From a virus (lineage: Duplodnaviria; Caudoviricetes), in the IMG/VR virus record IMGVR_UViG_2788500220_000013, positions 1 through 64,000 of that record: DNA of 64,000 nt. The stretch is one strand, 5' to 3'. Below, in pieces: positions 18,276 through 27,733 of this stretch (its first letter is position 1; every line of letters begins with the position of its first letter). Position numbers and translations under genes: made by a program. The notes under the pieces are model-generated. The model made no database searches and was not told the DNA's origin. It worked only from the letters and a program-made list of their open reading frames with translations.

Positions 18276-18842
18276 TTATAAATCAGTATCAGGAATATAT
18301 TCAATTGAGCCGGGCTGCTCGCGCCACATATAGTCTTTCTTTCCAAGATAAACTATCACACCTTCTCCTGCCTTTTCTACATGAAGGTCTTCCTCAATAC
18401 CCTGTAAGAATCCTGAACGATATGCTCCATAGAGTGTATGTGACATATACTTCGTTGCGTCCCTAACATCTAGCTCACCAGGTTGAATCGCTATGGCAAT
18501 CAAATCACCCTTTTTAACTGCATGGGTCTTATTATATGCCTGTTGCATTGCATCTGCGCCAGAAACTGCTTGATCTATTACATCCTTAATTTTTTCCATT
18601 GAAGACCCACCGGGTGGTTGTTTAATTTGTAGATTCTTCATTAGCTGGCCGGGATTTACCTCCGCTAAGGCACCGGCTTCGCGGACGGGATTAGAAAAGC
18701 TGCCACGGCCGGTATGGGCCTTTACCTTTTTCTTTTTTTCTTTTTCCGGTTGCTCTTCTTTATCTTCAGAAATAATTTTTCGAATCTGAGCCCTGATAAA
18801 ATCTTCTGTTGTTAAACTTGGCATAACATTTTCCTTTACCAT
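18276..18842 (-). CDS. Hypothetical protein (true start probably ATG at 18824)
   Basis: 188-aa ORF. An AAGGAA RBS precedes MPSLTTEDFIRAQIRKIISE. Confidence 0.65.
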   Translation of the reverse strand: MVKENVMPSLTTEDFIRAQIRKIISEDKEEQPEKEKKKKVKAHTGRGSFSNPVREAGALAEVNPGQLMKNLQIKQPPGGSSMEKIKDVIDQAVSGADAMQQAYNKTHAVKKGDLIAIAIQPGELDVRDATKYMSHTLYGAYRSGFLQGIEEDLHVEKAGEGVIVYLGKKDYMWREQPGSIEYIPDTDL

Positions 18843-18848
18843 TAAATA

Positions 18849-20072
18849 TTACCCTGGTGATCTAATAGCATCGATATCAATCGGAAATTTCCCTAAGCCG
18901 TCGATATGAAGACCTTCCTCTGAAAACTTACAGATTTTTGAAAGATCATCAGGGTGCACATCTAAAACTAGCGCATCATGAATAACAAATAGTGGTTGAG
19001 CCCTTAGCTCGGCTAGCATTATCTTCTTTACAAAGTTTGAGAACCCCAGTAAAGATACATCAACAGCAGAAGATTGCAAGTAGTGGTTGACCATTATATT
19101 GTTGTCAGCAGACTGAGTAGAAAGTGATCGACCGAAGAAATTTTGAATCTTTCCAGAAGTAAGCATATCATTTCTAAGCTTGGCAATAAGATCAGAGATG
19201 CCAAAATAGTCTTTAATTTTCGATATTGCTAGTTCAGGGTTAAACTGATTATCTAAAACAGCTCTAAGCTTATTAGCTGATGCGCCATACAATGCACATA
19301 AAACAGCAATTTTTACATGCTCCCTGTCTAGGCCTCCGTTAAATAAGTTATCTGAAATTTCGTTGTATAAATCTCTACTAGATTCGTGGGCATATAATAA
19401 CCTTGCTAAGCGAGGCTCTAAAGAAACAAAATCAACTTGAATTACAGATCCGCCTGGATATCTCGACATTAAAATGTCCCTATGTCTCTTAGGAAGAGTC
19501 AAAATAGACGGACCTGACTTTACTGTTAAACGCCCAGTAGTTGTAGCCAGTTGATCATAGCTAACTTTTTTTGCATAGTTTTCCCCATCTGGTAAAAAAG
19601 ATCTCAAAATACCTTTAATTGTTGGGTTATTCTCTGCTGCCATGTACCTTGCTAACAATTGTTTATCTACCAGAGCCCTTGAAAGGCCCAGGAGAAGGCT
19701 CCTCTCAGCTACAAAGGTTTCCCCATAGGGACATTTATGAAGGACCTCAAGGGCCTTGGAGAGGACAACAAGTATATCTTGGATTATACTATAAAACTTA
19801 CGAGCTGGTAGCACATTATGCCAAGGAATATTAGTATTATTAATGCCTAAGGCCTTAAATGATTGAGCATATTCTTTTGGAATGGGTTGAGGTATATTTT
19901 TGTTATATAAAGATAAGATAACATCCAGGCTATTGGGTACGGTTGTGTCTCCAAAAACCCAATCGCTGTTAGATATATTAGTTACCCAAGCATATGATCC
20001 GGTTGCAGTATCATACCGAAGATATTTCGATGTCCCTAGAACACTTGGGTGTATGCATAAGATCATACCCAA
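18849..20072 (-). CDS. Compact family-A DNA polymerase-like protein (polymerase domain only)
   Basis: TTTGRL, motif A DFVSLEPR, motif B R..VK......LYG, NHYLQS and motif C VIHDAL. Start may be ATG at 20066. Confidence 0.82.
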   Translation of the reverse strand: MGMILCIHPSVLGTSKYLRYDTATGSYAWVTNISNSDWVFGDTTVPNSLDVILSLYNKNIPQPIPKEYAQSFKALGINNTNIPWHNVLPARKFYSIIQDILVVLSKALEVLHKCPYGETFVAERSLLLGLSRALVDKQLLARYMAAENNPTIKGILRSFLPDGENYAKKVSYDQLATTTGRLTVKSGPSILTLPKRHRDILMSRYPGGSVIQVDFVSLEPRLARLLYAHESSRDLYNEISDNLFNGGLDREHVKIAVLCALYGASANKLRAVLDNQFNPELAISKIKDYFGISDLIAKLRNDMLTSGKIQNFFGRSLSTQSADNNIMVNHYLQSSAVDVSLLGFSNFVKKIMLAELRAQPLFVIHDALVLDVHPDDLSKICKFSEEGLHIDGLGKFPIDIDAIRSPG

Positions 20073-20114
20073 ATATAAGCATAATCAGATAAGTGTATCA
20101 TGTATGCCAATGGT

Positions 20115-23100
20115 TTATCTTGTCTCGTTCAAAACCCTTTCGACATGATTAAGTGTCGATTCATATTTTGAAAGACCATCTGATTGCACAAAACTAAGTT
20201 TTGACTTAAATTCACCAGGAGAAATTGTATGTGTTATTCCAGTAATTGAATAAATGTTATCTATAGTTGTGCCGGTACCAAAGTCCCAAAATAATTGTTG
20301 CGTAAATCTAAAAAATGGAAATCCAATTGTTTCCGCAGATAAAGATACAGGTGAAACAGACACCGGGAGACCTTGGTCTAGGGCTCTTGATGAATCCCTT
20401 GCCGCGGCATTGTTTCTTCTCAGCATCTGAATGGATGATAATTCAGAACTATTATTGCTGGCCACAGTTGCGCTTAAAATAGCAGAGTTCATTGAACCAT
20501 ATGTGACGGACGGCATCGTTCGTTTAATAAACTGTTTCATCTGATGGAACCCACCTTTTAGCCTTAGGTATGCATCAGGATTTGCTGGATTAGAACTAAG
20601 GTCAGCAAGACGATCACCTGCTGAGGCACCGGCTACAGGTGGTACAATCTCTAAGAGCCCTGCATCGATAGCTTGCTGTAATACGGCAGCTACATTTTGA
20701 CGGTGCGTAGATCGAGCAGGTGTTTCACTAGCTGATAATTCTCTTGCTGAAGAATTAATTTGGTTTAGCCTATTATCCCTTGATGCATTAAGCATCTCTT
20801 GCTGCCCCAAATATTTTGTACATTGCCTATCATATATGTGGACCTTTAAGATTGTTTTTCCAGGTTGGGGGCGGCCGGCATTGTCATGGCCAGGTGGATA
20901 AACTGCAGGAATTGCCTCCAAAGACATTCCGATATTAGGTTGGCGGAAAATTAAATCTTGCACTGGGGCGCTGGATCCATCGCCAGGAGTATATGCATCC
21001 GCTAGCCTCTGGTTCCTACGTTCAGCCAATATGGTGGCATCCATATCATTTACTCTAAGTTCCCTATTTAACTCACGATTAATATGATATAAGTCATTTA
21101 GCCCCCAAGCATCTGCTGCAGGGTCACGCATAAACTTCTCTATTAAAAATGCTAAAAATTGCCGTAATGAAATAGTGGTTGATGCCTTCATTAATTCTCT
21201 AATCTCAAGCTGAAATAACCTTGCATTAATCGGAAACTCTGCTATATTGTGGTCTCTGACATACGATGCATAATGATTAAACGGATAAAAAATTAATTGA
21301 ACTTCATCAAAGTTTCCTGTGGCCGCTAGAGGCTGACCTACAAATAACATCATTAACTTTCCTAATGATACATAGTGTGGGTCAGTGTCTTGAAAATAAT
21401 CATCATTATGCCGATCAGCGCCGCGGCGGTCTCTACCCGCATTCCAGGGTGTATTATCTCCCGTCCTTAAATCTGTAACGGTCCAACCGGTGGCGCCGGC
21501 GCCGGCCATATCTCGTTGACTACGTATACAAGCTGCCTTTTCAATTGACCTAACTGTATATGTAGCATTGGAACTACCTGGTTCATTAGGGACAATCCTG
21601 CCAGTGCCACTTCGAATTATTCTTCGATGAAATGGATCACCACTTTTATAATCATATATTAATGATAGTTTTTTCCCTAAGCTTGTATCAATTATCTGTG
21701 CCAATGATTGTCTTGACCCTTCTCTTGCCGGTTGGTGGCCGCGCTGTCCGCGTCGGCCAACAGCTGGTGTACCGAAAATTTCATCAATAGCGGCGAGAGC
21801 ATTACGTGCATCAGCTGATACTGCGGTTGTTGTATCTTCTACAGTAGCTCGAAGTGCATTTTGAAAGGTTCGTAATTTTTCTAAATTATCCGTGCTAATT
21901 GTCATTGCACCTCTTACAGAACTCATAGAGGCTAGCCATGTATTTCCGGAAACGTCAGATGATGATGATGATGAGTCGCCGGTTGATGATGGTGTTGACA
22001 TCGTTCTACCATATCTTCTAATGGCCTCAAGCATATCACTCATTCGGGTTTGCTGTCGTACTACACTCTCATCTTCATGAATAGATGAAGTATCTACATT
22101 GATTGTGCCCATCATACTCAAATTAATAACAATCTTAACCTGACCATCATCTTGAAAACTAAAACTTGAGTTTGTAACCTGAAATTTTTCGGTCATTTTA
22201 AGTGAATTTATAAACTGGCCCATCGGATTCTCTGATGCTGCTGAACCCTCTGGGTGGTTCCACCCATATTCTATTAATAAATGTGTAGAGCTATATAGTG
22301 ATGGTTTTACTAATCCTGCTACCTCAGATAACCTCGAACGATCATGAACTATGATATTTAATGTGCCACTTTTGTGAGCCATGGCACCACCGGCAGGAGT
22401 AACTGTCAACTCTAATGACTCAATCGTCATAAACGGTCGAAATGGGTCTATTATTGGGGCTGCCCTAGGGCCACCGGCAGCAGCCGCTGTAGCTCCATTA
22501 GGAGTAACAAAGGCAGAATAATTTGGCTCATCAGCATTTACTAGCGTCTGTGGCGATGTGAATAATTCCATCCCTGCAACTTGGATTTGAGAATCTGCAT
22601 CAAACCCCATTATCTGATTAATGTTCTCCCCTGTACCGTATACGGGTAACGCATCAATAAAATACGCATCCTCTGAACCATCTGGCGCAGCGGTTGAGCC
22701 TTGAAGGAATCTGAACATGGAAATGCCCTGGGCTCGATTTGTACCTACTGCACGAGGCTTAAACTTTGAAACAATATTAACATTTAGACATGGTACACAT
22801 TTAGACAACTCTAATGTAGGCACATTTTCTAAAAAATATTGTGTTGCCCCAGAATCCCTAACAGCATATGTTAACCTTGAAGGCCTAACTAATATTGCAC
22901 ATAATGAAGGTGCAGACTTTGATGGGTCAGTTGGTGAACTATTTATTGTCTGAACACCGTCACGATCCCAAACTTCTGAACTAGTTGGCGCGCCCCGAAT
23001 CATACCTATTACTGATGCAAACTTATTGTTTAAACCACCAGGTTGTTGCGATTCATTCCCTGGTTCTCCATCAGCAAAGTTATTGATGTATACGTTGCCG

Positions 23101-23576
23101 CCGACTTCATTGATGGCGGCCCCGTGACGCACGGAAAGGCAAGGTGTAGCTTCGTCGTCGTTACCAACGAGGCCACCAGCAAATACACTGGGTTCATAAA
23201 AAATATCTGCGACGCCGAATAAGTGGTCAAGATCTGAGTCCATGATTAGTGAGCGGTCGGAGGCCTCGGTGATGGCGGTGCCAGCATTAGCACCAGACGC
23301 TAGTTCTTTTAATTTCTCTATAACATCTTTTATAAAGAGACCGCCGTCATGGACATCCAACAAAAACTTTCCAACAAAATGCTCTTCTGGGGTACCATTT
23401 TCTCCAGAACTCGATGCACTAAAACTTGATAGGTCGGCAGGGGGATCATCAGGCTGCCGATCAGCATCAATTGCATTCATGTAAGATAATCTATCAAGAA
23501 ATTCGCTGGGTGAAGCGATACCATAGAATTCAGATAATTTTTCTAATGATTTATCTAAATCGTAATTACGGCCCAT
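20115..23576 (-). CDS. Putative baseplate hub/tail-associated protein
   Basis: Lies after the LysM-like gene. LLIEYGW in the middle and C-terminal IGFP.......F.DFGTGT.IDNIY.ITGITHTISPGEF are reminiscent of hub proteins. Confidence 0.55.
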   Translation of the reverse strand: MGRNYDLDKSLEKLSEFYGIASPSEFLDRLSYMNAIDADRQPDDPPADLSSFSASSSGENGTPEEHFVGKFLLDVHDGGLFIKDVIEKLKELASGANAGTAITEASDRSLIMDSDLDHLFGVADIFYEPSVFAGGLVGNDDEATPCLSVRHGAAINEVGGNVYINNFADGEPGNESQQPGGLNNKFASVIGMIRGAPTSSEVWDRDGVQTINSSPTDPSKSAPSLCAILVRPSRLTYAVRDSGATQYFLENVPTLELSKCVPCLNVNIVSKFKPRAVGTNRAQGISMFRFLQGSTAAPDGSEDAYFIDALPVYGTGENINQIMGFDADSQIQVAGMELFTSPQTLVNADEPNYSAFVTPNGATAAAAGGPRAAPIIDPFRPFMTIESLELTVTPAGGAMAHKSGTLNIIVHDRSRLSEVAGLVKPSLYSSTHLLIEYGWNHPEGSAASENPMGQFINSLKMTEKFQVTNSSFSFQDDGQVKIVINLSMMGTINVDTSSIHEDESVVRQQTRMSDMLEAIRRYGRTMSTPSSTGDSSSSSSDVSGNTWLASMSSVRGAMTISTDNLEKLRTFQNALRATVEDTTTAVSADARNALAAIDEIFGTPAVGRRGQRGHQPAREGSRQSLAQIIDTSLGKKLSLIYDYKSGDPFHRRIIRSGTGRIVPNEPGSSNATYTVRSIEKAACIRSQRDMAGAGATGWTVTDLRTGDNTPWNAGRDRRGADRHNDDYFQDTDPHYVSLGKLMMLFVGQPLAATGNFDEVQLIFYPFNHYASYVRDHNIAEFPINARLFQLEIRELMKASTTISLRQFLAFLIEKFMRDPAADAWGLNDLYHINRELNRELRVNDMDATILAERRNQRLADAYTPGDGSSAPVQDLIFRQPNIGMSLEAIPAVYPPGHDNAGRPQPGKTILKVHIYDRQCTKYLGQQEMLNASRDNRLNQINSSARELSASETPARSTHRQNVAAVLQQAIDAGLLEIVPPVAGASAGDRLADLSSNPANPDAYLRLKGGFHQMKQFIKRTMPSVTYGSMNSAILSATVASNNSSELSSIQMLRRNNAAARDSSRALDQGLPVSVSPVSLSAETIGFPFFRFTQQLFWDFGTGTTIDNIYSITGITHTISPGEFKSKLSFVQSDGLSKYESTLNHVERVLNETR

Positions 23577-23869
23577 TATGACACCAACGCAGCTACTTCA
23601 TTAATATTAGTGGGAATTCTTAAAGATGTCCCAGGGGGTACTTGCATAGACCAGCCTATACCACTTGCAGCTGCAATTACCCACCATAGCCTAGCATTAC
23701 CGTATACCCGGCCGGCAATTATATCCAACCTATCACTTTCCTTAAGAACGAACCTTCTTGACTTGATCTGCCCTGTCTCTACAGCATTATAAATAATTGT
23801 AGGCTGAATCGTTCCTAACGATTTTCCCATCCTTAATACTGGTGCCCTTACATATCTTCCTATTGCCAT
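23576..23869 (-). CDS. LysM-like baseplate wedge/tail X protein
   Basis: DRLDIIAGRVYGNARLWWVIAAA...VPPGTSLRIP. Confidence 0.8.
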   Translation of the reverse strand: MAIGRYVRAPVLRMGKSLGTIQPTIIYNAVETGQIKSRRFVLKESDRLDIIAGRVYGNARLWWVIAAASGIGWSMQVPPGTSLRIPTNINEVAALVS

Positions 23870-23878
23870 TTATAATAC

Positions 23879-26800
23879 CTAATCATCTGATTCTTCTATA
23901 TTCGCAGGTTTATTATTCCCTGCGCTTTGATCAGTTGCAGTTACCCTTTCATCTCTTGTCATCAGCCTACCATGTATATCATGCCCCGTTGATGCATTTA
24001 ATATATTACCCACTTGATATACAGGGGCCCGATTAAATCCGTCAGAGTCAAGTCCAGGTGCAATATCATGAATCGGAGCAAAGCCGAGGTTAACCTTTAA
24101 CCATTGTGGGGCTCGGGATCCGATATCCATCTCCCATGGGGATTCTAAATAATCAAAACTTAAACTGGTAATATGACCGGCAAGGCCGCGACCAGCTGTT
24201 GATTCGAATGACTTGATAACAACATTTTTTTCAGGTGAAAAGAAACCTTCGCCCTTTGAGCCTGTTAACCCAACTGTCTCAGCCCCCTCCATTGCCGTAC
24301 GACCCTCTGCTGCCTTAATTATTTGGGCAGACGTCATAGTCAACTTTTCAGAATATAAAAAGACTTCACCATTAAACTCTGGCGGATCTGGTAGTTCGGG
24401 ATTGTTTTCGTTTTCGCGCTGCGCGGCGACCTCCTGTTGGCGCTCAGTGTTTATCTGCGCAGTATGTTTATCATGAAGCTTAACCTTGTAGCCTGGACGA
24501 GTGGGAGATGAAGATAAATCAGCCCCTGCGGCTGCAATTGCGAATAGGGGCCCTGCACCAGAATAATAAGGGGAGCCATCGATTTCGCCTACCCAACCTG
24601 ATCTAAGAGATACATCCTGGTATCTGTCTCGTTGACCGGAATCTTCGTCAAGATCTTCAAATGCAGCAACAGTTGCCGGTGTATTATCCCTAAGTGTCAC
24701 CTCCCAGCCATCTGTAAAACCAGCTATATTACCTTTAGCATCAACTGCTTCTGATATTGGACCGAAAAAAGGAATAGACGCACCGGTGGGCATCTGTACA
24801 ACTCTATTAATCTGAGCCTTAATTTCCTTAACTCTGTCAAGGTGCTTAATATACTTATCATATGAGTCGGATGCAGTAGTCGTTATGCTGTCTATTTTAA
24901 AACTTGAATTTTCGGCGTTTTTCTCACCGATACCAAAAAGCCTGGCCATATTAAACCTGCTATAATTAGACTTAATCATGTCACCAAGACGCATCCTTAC
25001 AAGGGGAGTTGCAGTTGGGATCTGCGACATAGGCATTATAAAGTTTCGATCGCCTGATTTTACGCTTGTGCCCTTAGACCAGGTTGGGTATATCATCGTT
25101 AGTAATTTATTTAATGATACCCACATGATATCAAAATCTTCCGGACTTGTCGACGCAACTATAAATTGGATATTGATGCTTCTACTTGTCTTTTTCCATA
25201 TTTTAACATCATCGACCCTTCCATAGCCAGCTACAGAACTATATTCAGGAGAAAAATCATCAGAAAGTGAAGATAAAAATGCATGAAATGAAACTATTTC
25301 ATTTGTTCGGATATCTTGAAAATAAAATGGCATATATTCACACTCTAATTGGTTTTCAATTTTCTCTACCATCTCCCTCTTAATTCTAGGGCCTGCTTCA
25401 TTATAGCCATTCTTAGAATTAGGCGCTACGAGTGTCTTCTTATTTTTACTGGCACCGCCGCGAAGAGCAAACCCAGTAACATATGCATCAATACCTGTAC
25501 CAACTGGAAGTGAAAATTGCTCAGTTGCTATTCTAAATGAATCTGGCATTAAAAATGCGGCCGGCAGAACACTATGCCGCCAAACCAGGCGACCGTCGCC
25601 AGCTTTTACATCACGACTTTGGCCCGGGCGGTTTTCTGGTGTTGTGTCCTTATTATCAACAGCATATTTTTTAGCACCGGACTTGAGGCTGACTATTACG
25701 TCACCAAGTTTAATAAGTGTTATAAAAAACGTTACAGTTTTTGAACTAAAAAATGCGTTTAATATCCCGATCACTGATGAGATTGCACCTGTCACACTAT
25801 TCGGCATTGCCAAAATAGCATCAGACATTTGTTCAACATCTCTTATGACACCCCTTGTTATCGTCGCATAGTAGCCGGCCGATATTATATTATTCATTAA
25901 TGCGTCTAGAACATCTTTGGCAACAGGTGCACCTGTATTTTCAACATTAATCCCATAAAATGCCATTAGGCCGCGCCACACGAATGAAAATGGCCCTCCG
26001 GAGCTATTTTTTTGATTTTTTAATTCAGGAATTCCGCATAGGGATGAAAACATGGAAAACCATGGATTTTGCTTTAAGTGTCTACCTTTTTCTAGATTCC
26101 AGGGTGTTTTGGGATCAACGTCGGGAGATGCAGCCGGTTGTAACATTGCTAATGCAGTCATAATTGTTCCTAAGACCGCGGCGCCTGCTGCCATGGCAAC
26201 GAAGTTAGCTGCAGCCACCTGTATCATTCCCATAGGCAGGGGACCTGAAAATGGCTCACCTGGATGATTTAAGTGTCCGTATGATTTATTATTATTTTCT
26301 AATAAATCTGTTGCACCCTCTTCTCCAGCCATAAGTGTATCTGCAAATCCCTTTGTTGCATCTCCACTATTTCCTCCTTCTAGAAAATCCATATGTGTAT
26401 AGTCAGTTGTGCCTTCTTTGTCCATGACATACTGAGCACGAAGTTCATGAGCTTCAGGTAATAATGGAACATAAGGAATTCCCATCTGACCAAGAGGGTT
26501 GATTACAGCACCATCGACACTATCATCCATCATTTGAAAGTCTGCAGTACCTGCCATCATTAGACGGCGACCTATTTTTCTAAGCTCTGAAACTTTCATT
26601 AAATCTGTTGGGCTTGCTTGCCCTTCTACAGTAGGTTGATTTGTGTATTTCCCTAATTCTCTATGAAGACCACCTAATGTACCCTGGGTTGCAGAAGAAA
26701 AACCACCGTCCTTAATATAGGGGCTACCTTCGACAGGATGGAATCGATTATTCTTTAATATAGCGCTGGTTCGTTTTTGAATTACGGTAGGTGCATCTGA

Positions 26801-27394
26801 TTCTGCCCACGTTTTTCCCTGGGGGTTCTTTATTTCACCCGGGACCTCAGGGATATTGCTATATAGTGTATGACCGATACCGTGGTGTCGCTTAAAGGCT
26901 GGTTTTATTGCTGGAACTTCATGATTACCACCAAAATCTGATTCCCCTAATCTGTCAAAATGATGCTCCTGAACCCCTCCTGGAATATTTTCAGCAGCCT
27001 TAAGTACATCATCAACAAATGTCCTTGTTGTCCCATCAGCAGGATTCCCTGATTGGTGTGATGGAGTTAATGCCGGCGTCCCTTTCCTAACTTGTACCCT
27101 AGAGGTACCTGCAAGTACTTCACCTTCGGTAAACGTCATATCGTTACCTGTGGGTGTTGTATGTACAGGTGAATCTACGAAAGTATCGGAAATGTTATAA
27201 TTGTTTTCCCTGGTAAGGTTCCCTAAGTAAGAGCCTAATGTCTCTTTAGTAGCAACTTTACCCGGGTTCTCTGCCAAAGTATCAGGAATATCATCACCTG
27301 AGTTTAGTTTAGAGTCGTCACCACCGGTGCTTGGGTCAGGATTCAAGACTGGCCCATACTGTTGTTCATCAAATGGCGGCTTCGGAGAGGACAT
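23879..27394 (-). CDS. Putative baseplate/tail-tube-initiator protein
   Basis: Follows the tape measure. Tube-like segment PFYFQD...FHAFLSSLSDDFSPEY....GYGRVD.V.....TSRSI.I.F and C-terminal ITSLSFDY..SPWE...APQW..V.L.F.PIHD. Confidence 0.55.
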   Translation of the reverse strand: MSSPKPPFDEQQYGPVLNPDPSTGGDDSKLNSGDDIPDTLAENPGKVATKETLGSYLGNLTRENNYNISDTFVDSPVHTTPTGNDMTFTEGEVLAGTSRVQVRKGTPALTPSHQSGNPADGTTRTFVDDVLKAAENIPGGVQEHHFDRLGESDFGGNHEVPAIKPAFKRHHGIGHTLYSNIPEVPGEIKNPQGKTWAESDAPTVIQKRTSAILKNNRFHPVEGSPYIKDGGFSSATQGTLGGLHRELGKYTNQPTVEGQASPTDLMKVSELRKIGRRLMMAGTADFQMMDDSVDGAVINPLGQMGIPYVPLLPEAHELRAQYVMDKEGTTDYTHMDFLEGGNSGDATKGFADTLMAGEEGATDLLENNNKSYGHLNHPGEPFSGPLPMGMIQVAAANFVAMAAGAAVLGTIMTALAMLQPAASPDVDPKTPWNLEKGRHLKQNPWFSMFSSLCGIPELKNQKNSSGGPFSFVWRGLMAFYGINVENTGAPVAKDVLDALMNNIISAGYYATITRGVIRDVEQMSDAILAMPNSVTGAISSVIGILNAFFSSKTVTFFITLIKLGDVIVSLKSGAKKYAVDNKDTTPENRPGQSRDVKAGDGRLVWRHSVLPAAFLMPDSFRIATEQFSLPVGTGIDAYVTGFALRGGASKNKKTLVAPNSKNGYNEAGPRIKREMVEKIENQLECEYMPFYFQDIRTNEIVSFHAFLSSLSDDFSPEYSSVAGYGRVDDVKIWKKTSRSINIQFIVASTSPEDFDIMWVSLNKLLTMIYPTWSKGTSVKSGDRNFIMPMSQIPTATPLVRMRLGDMIKSNYSRFNMARLFGIGEKNAENSSFKIDSITTTASDSYDKYIKHLDRVKEIKAQINRVVQMPTGASIPFFGPISEAVDAKGNIAGFTDGWEVTLRDNTPATVAAFEDLDEDSGQRDRYQDVSLRSGWVGEIDGSPYYSGAGPLFAIAAAGADLSSSPTRPGYKVKLHDKHTAQINTERQQEVAAQRENENNPELPDPPEFNGEVFLYSEKLTMTSAQIIKAAEGRTAMEGAETVGLTGSKGEGFFSPEKNVVIKSFESTAGRGLAGHITSLSFDYLESPWEMDIGSRAPQWLKVNLGFAPIHDIAPGLDSDGFNRAPVYQVGNILNASTGHDIHGRLMTRDERVTATDQSAGNNKPANIEESDD

Positions 27395-27395
27395 T

Positions 27396-27719
27396 CTATT
27401 TCTCTTCTTTACTCATCTCTTTAATAATATCATCATATGATTTTTCGGGTTTAAGTTTATGCAAGTTTTTTTGCAATTCTTCCCTAGATGATGGATCATT
27501 AATTAGTTCTGCTAATTTAATTATCATGGGTTGAAAATCGTTGAGAATTTTTCTTCCTTGGGCCATAATAGCTTCTCGATTTTCATCTGTCAATTCTTCA
27601 CCAGATTCTTTTGCGGCTTGTGCAGCTGCCTCCAGTGTTGTTTTAATCTCTGGAGACTCTTCAAACTGCTTACGCATATTATCAATAAGTTCCTGTGTAT
27701 CAATTAATTTTTCACTCAT
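27396..27719 (-). CDS. Hypothetical helical protein
   Basis: 107-aa ORF with AAGGA RBS, packed between tail genes. Confidence 0.65.
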   Translation of the reverse strand: MSEKLIDTQELIDNMRKQFEESPEIKTTLEAAAQAAKESGEELTDENREAIMAQGRKILNDFQPMIIKLAELINDPSSREELQKNLHKLKPEKSYDDIIKEMSKEEK

Positions 27720-27733
27720 TTTATATCCTTTTT

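Noticed and set aside
24983-25003. Internal LVRMRLG in the 1171-aa baseplate protein (and KVRIRMR near 63512-63535) resembling the terminal tag
   Set aside because: They are internal, lie in apparently folded domains and lack the full consensus ending. They are probably ordinary beta-strands, though worth rechecking if the tag proves to mimic a baseplate strand.
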